Shown: positions 36,306-48,842, counted from the first letter of the stretch. The stretch is DNA of 64,000 nucleotides from Camelus dromedarius (GCF_036321535.1 NC_087436.1:108812001-108876000), one strand, 5' to 3'. The notes: generated from the sequence alone by a model not told the origin. Made by a program: numbers and translations.

Positions 36306-39300
36306 AAGGTAGGAGGAAGTGAGAACGATTAAGCTTGCCAGGCAGGGCGAGAAGCGTGGAAAGGGGGTCTGGGGAATGTGACATCTGAATCAAGACTTGA
36401 AAGATCACAGAGCATTTCCTAGACAGGAAGGGACATTGCAGCCGTTGGAAGGACACGTGACCAGACATGGTAGGATCATGGAGTCGGGTTTATGTCAAGT
36501 GTAGGACTCATGGCAAAGAGGCATCAATTGGCAGTTAAAGAGGATATTTAATACCATGGGGTTTATATTCACAATAAGAGTTTAGGAATTTTTCTTACAG
36601 GCAGAATTTGAAATCCGCCTAGAAACCTGACTTGAGGTAAACGACTCTTTTTAGAAAGAAAAGGCTTAGGATAGTTCCATAGGCTCCGCGAAGGCTCGGA
36701 ATGTACCACCATTAAAATTCTGACCGACACGTGTAAACTCTGCAGTCTCTTATGAACCCTCCTTCCTCTTCTAGTGACTGGTTGAGCCTCTGTGACAGTA
36801 TTTTCTCAGCAGAAAGATTTCTTGGCCTAATGTGGGTTGGTTCATATTTGGAATGAATAAAATATTGACTGTTTCCTTCTTCGTTAAAACTACTTTAATG
36901 CCTGTAAATTACTACTCTCCGTAAAATCCGCCTGAATGTCAAAGCATGAATTTCTGCTTCCGCATAGAATTATTTAGACAGCCCAATGTTTAAGTCTCCC
37001 TGGCCAACACGAATTCAGTTTCCAAAAGAAATGGAGAGTGGCTGACCGAGCGCTGGAGCTGACCCTGTCTGGAGAAGATGCACAGGTCATTCTAGGGTCC
37101 CTGTCGGTAGCTCTGTGCCAACTTGTGAGGAATCCAAATGGTTCATGCAACCTCCACAATGTTTTCAGTTTTACTTAAAACTTTCAAGTGGCGAAAACTC
37201 CAGTTATTTTCAAAATAAAAATCTGCCCTTGCTTGAAGGCAAAATGGCTGAGTTACTAAGTCCTCCAGATGAGAGGACAGCTAAAGGGTCCTCCATCTGA
37301 GGACTAGTCTCCTTTGGAAACATCCCCTCAGTTCAGTATACCAGAAGGTCATAATAACGCTGAGTCGTGCTTGGAAGCAAGGCGCCTACCAGGGGTGGGA
37401 AATTTGATTTCTTGTTCCATGGCAACCGGAATCGTCTGACCCTGGACCTGCTCCTTTACAGAGCTAGCTTTGTTGGGAAGTGGCCTTGATGCCCTCCACT
37501 TCTTGCCAGAAACAGCTCTGAATAAGAGGCAGCTTCTCCTGAAAGCATTCTCCCCACCTTCTAGGAAAGCATTCTTCTAGGAGCGTGTGAAATTTCAGTC
37601 AGACAGCGTCTTGGGAATGTCTCTGCCTTCTACCCGGTGATCTTTAAGAGCATTTCCAAGTGCGTTCGCTGAGCAGAACTATCCGTATTTGCCACAACAG
37701 TGTGATTGTAGAGGGCAAGCTAGAAACCTCGGGGAATGTATTGCACCTCTTAAAGTGTCACACATCTCAGTGCTGAAACATAGGAAATGATGCTTAACAG
37801 AACGCTGTGTTTTGAAAAGTGGCTTGGTGAGTCTTGCCATCCAAATGTGGGTTATTATTTTTTAGCATTCACACTAAGGATAATAAAACATCTTCCACTA
37901 GACAACGTTGAGTATTTTATACATTCAGTGCTCAGTCTTTTGATGAAAATAGTTTGAGGTTTTCAGTAAGTCAGTATCTCAGGAAGAGATTCAGATTAGT
38001 GTAACAGATAGGTTTCTGGGGTTGGCTGCCAGCTGAGATAAGGTTCTGCTGGCTTGGACCTAAGCTGTTATATAAGCACCATGGTAGCAAGTGGGACCTA
38101 GACTCCTTCATTTTATAACTTGCTAGTTTTGTTCCCTAGGTCACTGTGTTTACGTTCCTGACTTTAGTTCGGGCTTCTGTGAAATCTGAGATAATCTGGC
38201 ACTTTATGAGATGGAGTTGTCTCAGTCCTGAAGGCTGAGACAACTCGTCTCTCCCCAGTAAACGTATAAAATGTGCTCTTGAACTTCAGCTGCCGTCATG
38301 CTCAGTGATGGTCGGCATCCTTACTTTTTAGTTAATTCTTTGAACATCAGTACATCCGTAAATATGTAAACATATGTGAAGACAGTATTTTATTTTTCCC
38401 TGTATTCAGATGGTTGGTTTTCTTATCGTTCCGAAGATTAATTATCAACTACTACATTTGAATGAAAGGATAGGCTGGTGTAGGAGTTATTCTCATAATA
38501 ATAATGATGCCAATAATCTAATAGTGGTAATAATAATAATTACAACTGCCATTTACTCATTTGGCCAGTACTTTGGGGATTTAAAAAATTTAAGCTAGTG
38601 TAGGGAAAGAGAGAAAGAGAGAGAAGAAGAGATCATGAGAGGGAGAGATTGGTTACTGGATACATACAAGGTATCTCAAGGAACCCAAAAGCAGAAAGTA
38701 CACGTGAATTACAGTAGAGACGGGGATCCAAAGTTGGAAAACTATACAGAAATTCAGGTTCATTTTTCTAGAGTCATATTGTTTTGGCTTTTTCTGCACC
38801 TCTGAGCCCATAGCTGAGAAAATGTCCCCAGGTGTTCCTACAGCTCCTCTTGGCTTAAAGACTGCAGACACAGCTAGTGTCTCTGATTTCCCAATCCAGA
38901 TGTTCCAGGGAGCAAAGCTAACTGGCCAGTCTTCTTCTAGGTGCCCTCCCCTAATGCCCCTTAGTGTCCTCCTCTGTCCCAGTCAGTGCCGGCCATCAGG
39001 AGTTAATGGCTGGAAATAGGGCTCCCAAGACTCCTGTCTGTGAACTGGGGTGGGGGATGCCCAGTCATGGCATTGAGTTCATTTGTCCCGGGTCAAATAA
39101 CGAACACGAGGCAGAGCCTGGAATAAACGCAAGCTTGTCTGGCACCCAAGTTCATGCAAGTTCCTTGAGCCTTGTTGCTCTTTAATCAAAGTGGTGGAAA
39201 GCAAGGCTCACTGGCGACTGAGGGTTACTTCAGTGGGACCCAGCAGTGAGGGGTTTTGTGAAGCTGAGCCTCACTTGGGCACCCACATCCAACATCATGA

Positions 39301-39379
39301 AGAGATGGAAGGAAGTGAAAGGGCCTCTGAGTGATTCTGTGTCTATCACACAAGGTGGCTTCAGACAAGTCCTTAAGAT

Positions 39380-39548
39380 CAGTGCCTCTCAGACAATATA
39401 CAAACCACCTGGAGGTCTTATTAAAAGGCAAGTCTTCTTCCATCCTCCCATGGTGGGGCCTGAAAGTCTGCATTTTTAGTAAATTCTCAGGTGACGCGAA
39501 GCTGTGGATCCTGTCCCAGAAACACACTATGTGGTGGAGGCTTTAGAG
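39380..39548. mobile_element. MER5-like hAT MITE
   Basis: cagtgcctctcagac...ccacctggaggtcttattaaaaggcaag...ggtggggcctgaaagtctgcatttttagtaaattctcaggtgacg. Confidence 0.8.
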
Positions 39549-40559
39549 AAGAGAATTAAGAAAATCAAGCTGCGGAAGTTCTGCATTTCCCTGGTCCTGC
39601 CCTGCAGTTCCCTGGACCTGCCCGGCAGTTACATGGAGAGCTGGATCCTTGATGAGCTCTCTCCTCTGAGTTTGCTTTCCACCCAGACCAGTGACAAGAT
39701 GACTGACACACCCACAGCAGCTCGCTGGCCCAGCTAAATCAAGAGCATGTGCAGGCTGAAAAAAATTATTGGCAAATAATCAGTGGATGATGCAGCAGCC
39801 AATTTATTTGGAGTTTGTCTTGTTAAGGTACCTAAGTTGTTTTGTGCCAGAAATATTTTCCTTCTTCCTTAATTCAACTTTGGAGAAACTTACTAACATG
39901 CATGGTGCGTGGAGTTTTTATACAGCTTGCTGATTAAAACCTATGTGTAATGCACTCAGAAGTTATTATTTGACATTATTTCTGATGTGTGGGGGGCTTT
40001 TGGTGCTCTCCTGGCTTTGATGGGAGCTCAGAGCTTAATTACTAGCACATAAGTATTGGGTACTTAAAATATGTTAGATACAAGATGAAATCAGTTACAC
40101 ATACTGTCTCACTTTGTCCTCACCAAAACCTAAGAGCTAGGTGCTGTTTTTATTTCCATTTTAGTGATGATGAAACTGAAGCCGAAACATGTTCTATGAT
40201 GTGATCCAGCACCGACTCAGACTGATTTGACTCCTTCATGGGATGTTTCCACATTGCCTTTGCTCCCCTATCGACCCCTTTAACTCATCCTCAATACAGA
40301 CTTTCTCCTCTTTTGCCCCTTCCTGGGGAGGCTGGAAATGTTGCAAAGCCATTTTGACTACACCCAGTTTCCCTTTATTGTGGGTATGCTTTTTTTTGCT
40401 TCCTTCCTTTGGTTTATTTCATTAGCTACCAGTCTTCTCAACGGTAGCTCCAGATAAGTTTCATGTTTCCCAAATCCAACCCCAGATGTGCCTCCAACCC
40501 TCTTAGCAGATGACTTCCTCTTTTACTTTAATGCAAAGATAGAGACAAATTTTCCTAAA

Positions 40560-41130
40560 GTTGCTTACGTGTAATTTTGACTGAAAGTATCAGAAAACTC
40601 AAATGATTGTGATTTAAACAATGAAAAATAGAAATATCTCTCCAAGCAGGAAATTGGAGGTACAGAGCTCCAGAGGTAATACAGTTGCTCGGTATTATCA
40701 TCAGACTCAGATTTCTCCTCCTCCACCCTGAGCATTTAACTCATGGTTAACTTTTGGTCCTCGGGTTCTACTCGTGGTGATAAGATGGCTCCCTCATCCC
40801 AAGCATCATGTCTTCACACTCCAAGCTCCAGGAAGGAAACCTATCTATCATAGAGCAAAGCAATTTCCAAAAGTATCATCAGCAGAGACCTTCTTGATAT
40901 ATATTTGACCCAAACTTGCTCATTTGCACTCCCCCCCAAATCAATCTTGAACAGAAGGCAATGGGATCGCCATGCTGAGTTTAGATCAATCATGGATCCT
41001 CCTCTGGGATTTAGGGGTGGGACAAACCGTCCCTAAGCACATTGCCACATGAACTAAATTTACACATTTGGTCCCTACAAACCAAGGAAGAAGGTGTAGT
41101 ATGGCTACTGGGTGGCACCTACAGTGTGGA
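40560..41130 (-). mobile_element. Old MaLR LTR remnant (MLT1K/L-like)
   Basis: gtatcagaaaactcaaatg...atttaaacaat...ggtgataagatggct...ccaagcatcatgtcttcacac...atggctactgggtggcacc. Confidence 0.55.
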
Positions 41131-41139
41131 ACTCCTTTT

Positions 41140-42040
41140 CCTCATCCTTGCTTCTCTTTCTCCTGCTGCTCCCTCCCCACCTCAAAAGTGCCTTGTGCAG
41201 TCACTGGTCCTCTTCAGTTTTCTGATCTCTTCCTTGCCGAGGCCAGATTCTCCACCTGCCCACCCCTCTTGATCCCATTTCTTCTTTCTTTCTCTTTACC
41301 CCATCAATGATCACTTCAGCTTTCAACTTCTCTATCTCCTTTTCCTTCAAATATATTCCAGTATCCTATATAAGAATCAATCAAAACAAAAGCAAAACCA
41401 AGCCTTTCCTTAGCCCTGTCACGGCATTAAGCTGCTCTCCTAGCTCTGACTGTCTTTTCATGAACAAAGTCTCCAAAACAGAATCAGTAATCTCTGTTTT
41501 CATTTTCTCACCACTCACTCACTCAAGTCTGCGGAGTCTGGATTCTAGTCCGACCAGTGAAAAGGACGCAGCATCACCCAACTCTGATCCAATTCAACGA
41601 CCTTTCACTCGGTCTGTCCTCATCTGGGAACTTAATCTTCCCTTGGTCCCTATAGCTCTGCCAAGTTCAGTATCTGTTTATCCCCAGCCCGTGCACTCGG
41701 CTAGCCACTTCTTTAACTTCTCCACCTCTGTATGATTTATTGGATCTTCATTCACCAGATTGCAAGCATCTTGAGGAAGGGACCACGCCTTACTCATCAG
41801 TATTACCTGCACCATGCCCAGGGCCGGATTCTGGATCAAGCCCTCATCTGTTACAAAACGTTAACTGCTTTCCTTAATTCTCTCCACTGTCTCTAAGCCA
41901 TCCTGTTACCAGAGTTATACTTTCAAAACTACAAATTTGATAGCATTAATTCCTTGTTTAAAAACATAAACTTAGCCTGTCAGCCAAGTTCCTTCACAAA
42001 ACAACCCAAATTAATTTTTTTACTTGAAGTTCTTCCAGTA
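41140..42040 (+). mobile_element. L2 fragments
   Basis: gtctggattctagtccgaccagtgaa; ccagattgcaagcatcttgaggaagggaccacgccttactcatc...catgcccagggcc. Confidence 0.55.
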
Positions 42041-42052
42041 TATCTTCCCTCT

Positions 42053-42086
42053 ACACACACACGCACACACAAACACACACACACAC
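42053..42086 (+). repeat. (CA)n microsatellite, imperfect
   Basis: Directly visible. Confidence 0.9.
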
Positions 42087-42104
42087 CATGCATATATTAT
42101 AAGA

Positions 42105-42495
42105 TACCATTTCTCAAAGAATAGTCCATGAACTACCATCATTAGAATCACCTAGGAAACTTGTTTAAAATGAAATTCCTGGGCTGCACCCAAGACCAAC
42201 TTAATCAGAATCATTAGGATTGGCCTAGGCTGGATATGTATAATTTCTTTGTTGTTAATTTACTTATTTTATTTATTTAAAGGAGTAATTAGGTTTATTT
42301 ATTTTTAATGGAGGTACTGGGGTTTGAAACCAGGACCTCATGCATGCTAAGTATGTGCGCTACCACTGAGCTATAACCATCCCCATATTTTTCTGTTAAT
42401 TTACTCATTTTATTTATTTATTTGGGCATGTGTATTTTTAACATATATCCAAGGCAATCCTAAATCCAGACTGAAGTCTGAAGCCATGGCCTTAT
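42105..42495. mobile_element. MER5A-like MITE split by a SINE insertion
   Basis: tttctcaaag...attagaatcacctaggaaacttgtttaaaatgaaattcctggg...aatcagaatc...cctagg, then the insert, then tgtattttaaca...aagtctgaagccatgg. Confidence 0.78.
42280..42384 (-). mobile_element. tRNA-Ala-derived SINE, camelid Vic-1 type
   Basis: The minus strand reads GGGGATGGTTATAGCTCAGTGGTAGCGCACATACTTAGCATGCATGAGGTCCTGGTTTCAAACCCCAGTACCTCCA plus the tail TTAAAAATAAATAAACCTAATTACTCC. The A box is intact and the B box degenerate. The family name is from recall. Confidence 0.85.
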
Positions 42496-45400
42496 ATCAC
42501 ACTTAATAAGCAAAACTGATTTCCATTAAGTGCTAATACCCTCATTTTTTCTAATTTTTAAGCATTGATTATATCCATTTAATTGTTTTTCATTTTTTAT
42601 GGGGATGGGAAGAGAAAGTCTCTAAAGGAGAGTTGAAAACTGAACCAAGTGTCACTAAATCAACAAGCTTGCTAAAAATGTTCCCTATTTACAATTTAAT
42701 TCACCTGAAGGAGAATTCTGCCTCTTTGCTTTGATTATCTTTGAACAAAATTCACTGGATCATTTGTTTTCCCATTTGGACATTTTGGAAATGGTAGAGT
42801 TTGGGTGTCTAATCCTTGAAAAGAACTTATAGCCTGTGCGTTACTTTTCCTCTCTAACTTAAGGGAAGTTTCCATCCTCCTGATTTGGCATCAGTGGTGG
42901 CACCAGCCACGGGGAGCCACTCAGCATACTCCTCAGTAATGTTAAGTTCACTTCCTTCACCCACTTCATGTGCATCGGCCATCTCTATCGATGCCCCAGG
43001 GCCAACATGCCAGCTCCCCATTTCCCTGGAAGCACCAAATGGTGCTGGCTTTGACAAGCACACAGCTGCATTTAATGAAAGCCTGCCAAGGCTCCCCTGG
43101 AGATATGATTTGAAAGTTTTATGATATTTTACAAAAGGCAAATCCAGAATATTTGTGAAAACAATTTGTTATCTCAAATGCTCATGACAAAAATTCGCTA
43201 TTTCAATGGCAAAAATAATATGTTGTGTTGATTTTTGCCGCTGGTTATCTCCCCGTTAACCCTTCCCAGCTCCAGCCCTTTCCATTCATCTTGGTGACCA
43301 GGCAGATGGGATAAAGCATTAATGGAGGGTGAAACTGTAACAGTGTTGAAGCTTTCAGCTGCTTGTTACATTGTAAACAGCGTCAGGGTTCATCAGAGTT
43401 CCAGATCCAACTAGTCGTTTTTCCCTTTCATACAGATGTAGCTTTAGTCTCAGTTGGAGCCGAACTCTCTCTCTCTCTCTCTCAACCTCTCTCACTCTCT
43501 CTTCTGTTCCATTTTTGTTCCCTCTCTCTTCTTCCATTGACTCAGATGAATTAACCCACAAAAACACATTGCTTTTGATATTGTCTCTGACCTAAGGTCA
43601 CAGAGAAAAGACTCAAAATGAAAACAGAAATCAAATCAGATCCATAAACGGATGCCAGAGGGGACGATAAAATAAAGGACAGAAAGACTGGTCCACGTGT
43701 CTCATTTTCTCCACGAAATGAATTTTGGCTTGAACAATGGTTTGCTTTTGCAGCCTTTGTTCTCCAAGGACAACCAAAATGGGGAAAATTGTTTCAAGTG
43801 ATGAACTGTCCATGCTGGGAGCCAGAGAGCAGCAGATTGGCCCCAGTTGCCAAAGAGAGGTGAATACTCCTGAGGGCTGTGGGTGGTTGTACACATCAGA
43901 GTATTCACCTTGGCCTGAGTGAGTCAGATCAGGTTCACGCGGGTTCCTGTCCAGAGCAGCGCTGCTGAAGAAATCAGAATTCTCCAATTTTGCCTCTGAG
44001 TATCTGCCGCAAATAGCTGGCTTGTCAGCACTCCCACAGGCAGTAACCTCTGGACATCTCATGTTGGAGCAGGGCTGGGTTTCAACCTGCCATGGAGGAG
44101 GAAGTTTTGAACAAACAGTGTGTATACGAGCAGACACCTGAGATGAGCTGCAGCTGCTTGCCACCCCTGTGGAACAACCACCAGTCTCTAAAATTTCATG
44201 TTTGTAAATGTCTGTTGAAAGAAAAATTCATATGAAATTGCAAGATAGTAAGTGTATTATCTGGGCATCGCTGATAATAGGAAAGTAGATACTGTCCCCT
44301 AGGACTTCCAGGCTGACAGCAATTGAAACTCATCCTGATAATACAATTGGTGGCCAGGAAATATGCAGCCAGGTTGTTGAGGATTTCTACATTCATTTCA
44401 GGAGTGAAGAGAGAAAGCAGCAACCTGAGTCCAAATCTAGGCAGAGAGGTGCCAGGATGCAAGTCCCTCCTTGCACTTTATAGCACGTTATGGCTTGTGT
44501 GGTGGCTGTGCTATACAAAGAAACTTCTTTTTTTTTTTAATCTATTTTTATATATAGGGGGAAGGGATTTAAGTAAGTACAACAACAAGAACACAGGCTC
44601 CTAGTGTTCCTCCATCCCAACCCTAACTCCCTCTAACCTCACAGTGCACCCACTGGGGGGCAGGAAGACACGCGTGTTGGAAGGAAACGTGTGTGTTCCG
44701 GTTCTTGTTTTCTTCTTAAAACTCCTGGGCCACAGTCTGTCTGAGTGGCTCCCACGTCCCACTGATTTGTGGAGTATGGACTCTCACTGTCACTGCAGAG
44801 ATTAGACAGCTAAATAGCAAATGTGAGGTTGCCACCCCCAGAGGACTCTGATACGAGAGACATAAGCTGTTTATGCTCAAGGGGTCCCAAGTGTAGAAGG
44901 TGCAGGGTGACAAATGCACCTTCACTCCATCCCTGGGCTGAGCTGGAAATCCGACCAGCAGCCCTTGATTCTAAAGGGCTCATCAACTTTGCTGAGGGGG
45001 AGAGAGGACAAGGCAGTAAACAGCTGGTGGTCGGTAAATCACTGAGATCTGGTTTTAAAGTCTAAGTTGAATAGAGCTTCCAGAAAAAAGTGTGCACGTA
45101 GAGGTGGAGACGGGGGTAGGTGGCTCCTCATGGTGACCTGAAGTCCTCTCATAAGTAGCTCTCCCTTATTAACTCCAGGTGTGGACTCCTCTGACCCGGA
45201 GGAGTGGCTGACCGTCAATCAGTTACAGCAGAATTGTCAGCCCATCCAGCGTATGTGACTGCCACTCCTTTACTGAAGAGCCAGTTGGGGTTTCTCAAAA
45301 GGAGCACCTGGGCTGTGTGCGCTCCGATCATTCCACATTGGCTGAACCAGCACAAAGCGTGATGAGCCAGGCAACTCAACAGTTACTAATAAAATATAAA

Positions 45401-46332
45401 TGATTGTGTTTAGAAACAGATGTGAAGAATTATATCCTTTAAAGTATAAAATTTAATAAATACAGTGATTGGTCTCTTGAGAGAGCTGCATATAGTTGCT
45501 TCTAACCAAATCGAGACAAGAGATTTCTTCTCAGTGCCTACTGACATGGATGCTATTGCAGGGTTGTGACCGCTCACGTACCCTCTGTCATTTTTGCAAC
45601 GTGAAGAGAGAAGCTGTCTAAAGCAGCAGATCTGTTGCTTCAGTGGCATCATTAAGTGTTTTGCACTGTGTTCTTTCATAGTGAACACGAAATAGGTATG
45701 AGTTCAGCTGGCAACACACACAAGTTGTGTCAAGGTGTTTCCCTCAGTTAGTCACACAGCAACTCCAAGAGAGAAGATACTGAGGGAGATTTGCATCCAA
45801 ATCTCCAAGACACCCAAGTCTCCTGGATTCAAGGGCATCCAGTCTGCATACTCCCTGAGTCTATAACTTAGTCTTACATTGAGCTAGATCCATAGAAACC
45901 CAAATACCTGGCCCATAGTCCAAGGTCCCTTGAAAACTGCCTTTACTCAACCACATTGGTATGATGTCATTGGCTCTGTGAAGGATGGTTATATGAAACT
46001 TGCTGTTACATCTATTGAAGGCACGCCAGAGAGGACGTCCTTCCATTCCATAGTGTCCCCCTCATGATAATCCTGGGAGTAACTTCTGTTTGGTCTTTGT
46101 ACCAAAAATGGTTGTGCTTCTCCTGGGCAGTGGTCCGTTTGTGATTTTATCTCACAAATACCGGACGATGAGTAACGGACCACATTGTCTAGTAGGTAGA
46201 AATGTGTTTTCCTTCTGGCTTTCTGAAAATCTCTTCCCAGGGGTCCTTCATCTTTCTTGAAAAATGTTGTCCAGTTTGTGTTTTTACTTCATGATAATCT
46301 TTTTATTTAAATGACATAAGGATATTTAAGGA

Positions 46333-46584
46333 CAGGGATCAGAAAACTTTTTACAAAAAGGCTAGATAGTAAATATTTTAGGTTTTGTGGGCCACGTGCA
46401 TCTCTATCATATATTGTTTTTTCTCTCTCTCTCTTTTATTCAGCTGTTTAAAACTATAAGGACCAAGAAATAAAAAAAATAAAAATAAATACATAAAACC
46501 GTAAGGACCCTTCTTAGCCCACGGACCTTACAAAAACAGCAGTATACCAGAGTTGGCCCACAGGTCACAGTTTACCGACCCCTG
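46333..46584. mobile_element. MER58-like hAT-Charlie MITE
   Basis: Terminal inverted repeats cagggatcagaaaact...agtttaccgacccctg; internal gatagtaaatattttaggttttgtgggcca; degenerate 8-bp TSD tttaagga/ttggagga. Confidence 0.88.
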
Positions 46585-47164
46585 TTGGAGGATCCCTGAA
46601 TGACCTCATTTCTGAAAACTGCCATGTGATTGCAGGGTCTTCGAACGGTGTTTGCACTAATTTTTGTGCTGGTGCCAAGTCGTACTGTTTGCACTGACAT
46701 GAGGGAATGAGGAAATAAGAAGGTTAACATTAACTGTAATTAGCCGTAAATGACATGTTTGGTCTAAGAGAAGACCGAATGTCATAAAGGCAATTCTACA
46801 AATAAAGATTTCCAGTTGCTCAAAAGATGATGAGAGAATTAGCCCAGCACACAGCCCACCGCCATGGCAGAACCGTGCAGGCTGGCGAGGAGGGGAATTT
46901 GTTCCACGTGGCGTGGAATTCTGCTCCGTGTTCACGCTGGGAGGGGCAATTCTGTTTCAGCAAAACAGCGGCACTTATCTTATTAAATCAATGTTGTTAG
47001 TTTAAAATCAACTGGCTTTTTAATGTGTTTAATTTAGTTTAACTCGTTCATTTAATTTAGTTTCATAGCTGTATAAGAACATTGCACAGTCTACAATCAG
47101 ATACTTTGTTTCAAAACCCAGTGCTACCACTTTCTTTCTAGATTTATTAAAATTAACAATAAAT

Positions 47165-47241
47165 TATATATATATATACACACATATATATAGAGGGAGT
47201 GTGTGTATATATATATATATGTGTGTGTGTATATATATATA
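47165..47241 (+). repeat. (TA)n/(TG)n compound microsatellite
   Basis: Directly visible. Confidence 0.95.
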
Positions 47242-48289
47242 AAATATCCTTTATCCTTTAATGTATAAAATTTAATAAATTAATTAATTTACTTAATAAA
47301 TAAAAATTATAAAAATTAGGATGGATTATGCTACCATCAACACACATTTTGTTCATTTATACAAGTTTGAATAAGAAGTAATAAAAATAATTTGAAAACA
47401 CAAGGAAGAAACTCAAGGGACAATTATACATTTTAAAAGGCTGCCATACATTTCTCAAGGTTGAGAAAAACTAGAATAGTGATTAGGACATGCATTTTTC
47501 CTCATTCCCCAGTTCTTACTGATTTCAAGCCTTGCTTTTATTCTTTTCTGCCCAATTTCTTACCCTTTAACATTGCTTCCCCCTGTGACACACACAACCA
47601 TGCACCCTGTGACAAATGTGTTTTAATGTTTAAGCTGATTGTTAGGGAACAAAAATAAAGCAGGATCATGGTAACCAATCAAAAGTGCAGGTGGTAGAAC
47701 TACCCCCCACCCTAACCCCACTTTTCGGCCTCCTCCCCAGAGGAAAACTCAATAAATGTTTTCTTGTGTTTCCTTCCAGAGACCTTGAATTTTGCTCCCT
47801 TTGCAAAAATATTATGTTTTTGCATTTTAAAAGAACTTCACATCTTTCAAGGACCCAAGTGGGCTAATTAAGAAAAAAAAAAACCCACGGTGATTTTTGG
47901 TGTGATACAGAGGACGGAGAACCCTAAGAAGAAACCCCAGCCTGATGCAGGGTGGCAAGGAGGAAAGAAGGAGAGGAAATTGCTTTCTGAAAGGCTCCTG
48001 TAGATTCCAGAGAGCGGGGCCACTCAGGGAATACACATCTTTATTCACTGCCAGACTGTGGGATGAGCTTGTGACCTGAGAGGTGGGAGAAAGAAGGGCT
48101 GAGAGAAGATAAAGTTAGAGGTGGAAGCAGGAGCCAGATGTCTGACGGTCTGGAAGTCATGCCTTTTTTATTTTACGCGAAAGACGCTGGACAGCCAATA
48201 TCAAATTTTCAGCAGGAGAATGGTACGATTAGAACCACAGTCTAAGCGAAGGTAATTTAGAGCCCATTGCCAGGTCTAAGTGAGATCTC

Positions 48290-48430
48290 AGATGATGGGG
48301 CCAGGGCTTACAGCCCCACCTCCAGAGTGTCTGACTCAAGTCTGGCATGAAGCCCAAGAATTTGCATTTCTAAGTTCCAGGGACTTGTGGATGCTACTTG
48401 TCTGGGGACCACACTTCGAGAAACTTTGGA
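48290..48430. mobile_element. MER5A fragment
   Basis: ccccacctccagagtgtctgactca...cccaagaatttgcatttctaag...ggggaccacacttcgagaa. Confidence 0.8.
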
Positions 48431-48577
48431 TTAGAAAAATGATAGGAAAAATGACAAAACAAAACAAAACAAAAAACCAGTTTGGGTGTCAAATAGGGAG
48501 AACAAGAGAGGATGCTGGGGAAGGATTCAGGGCTGGGGCCCAGGATCTGACTGTAATATGCAATCCCTGAGGTCAGG

Positions 48578-48842
48578 GATGTAATTAGTTAGAATGAGGT
48601 TACATTAGAATAGAGTGGGACCCAATTCACTATGACTGGTGTCCTTATAAAAAGGGGAAATTGGACACAGAGAGGGACAGACACACAGGGAACGCCCCAT
48701 GTGACAACAGGAAAAAGACAGCCATCTCCAGGCCAAGGAATGCCTAAGGCTGCCAAAAGCTAAGAGAGAGGCAATACATTTCTGTTATTTGAAGCCACCT
48801 TGTTGTGGCACTTTGTTATCAGAGCGGTAGGAAATTAATAGA
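48578..48842 (+). mobile_element. MLT1C-like LTR fragment
   Basis: gatgtaattagttagaatgagg...atgactggtgtccttataaaaaggggaaattggacacagaga...ttgtggcactttgtta...taggaaattaata. Confidence 0.85.

Noticed and set aside
42309..42384. Possible tRNA-Ala gene
   Set aside because: Disrupted stems, a degenerate B box and a SINE-type A-rich tail indicate a tRNA-derived SINE.
43631..44164. Longest ORF in the track (177 aa, minus strand)
   Set aside because: No recognisable domain and a composition typical of translated non-coding DNA. An ORF of this length is plausible by chance in 64 kb across six frames.
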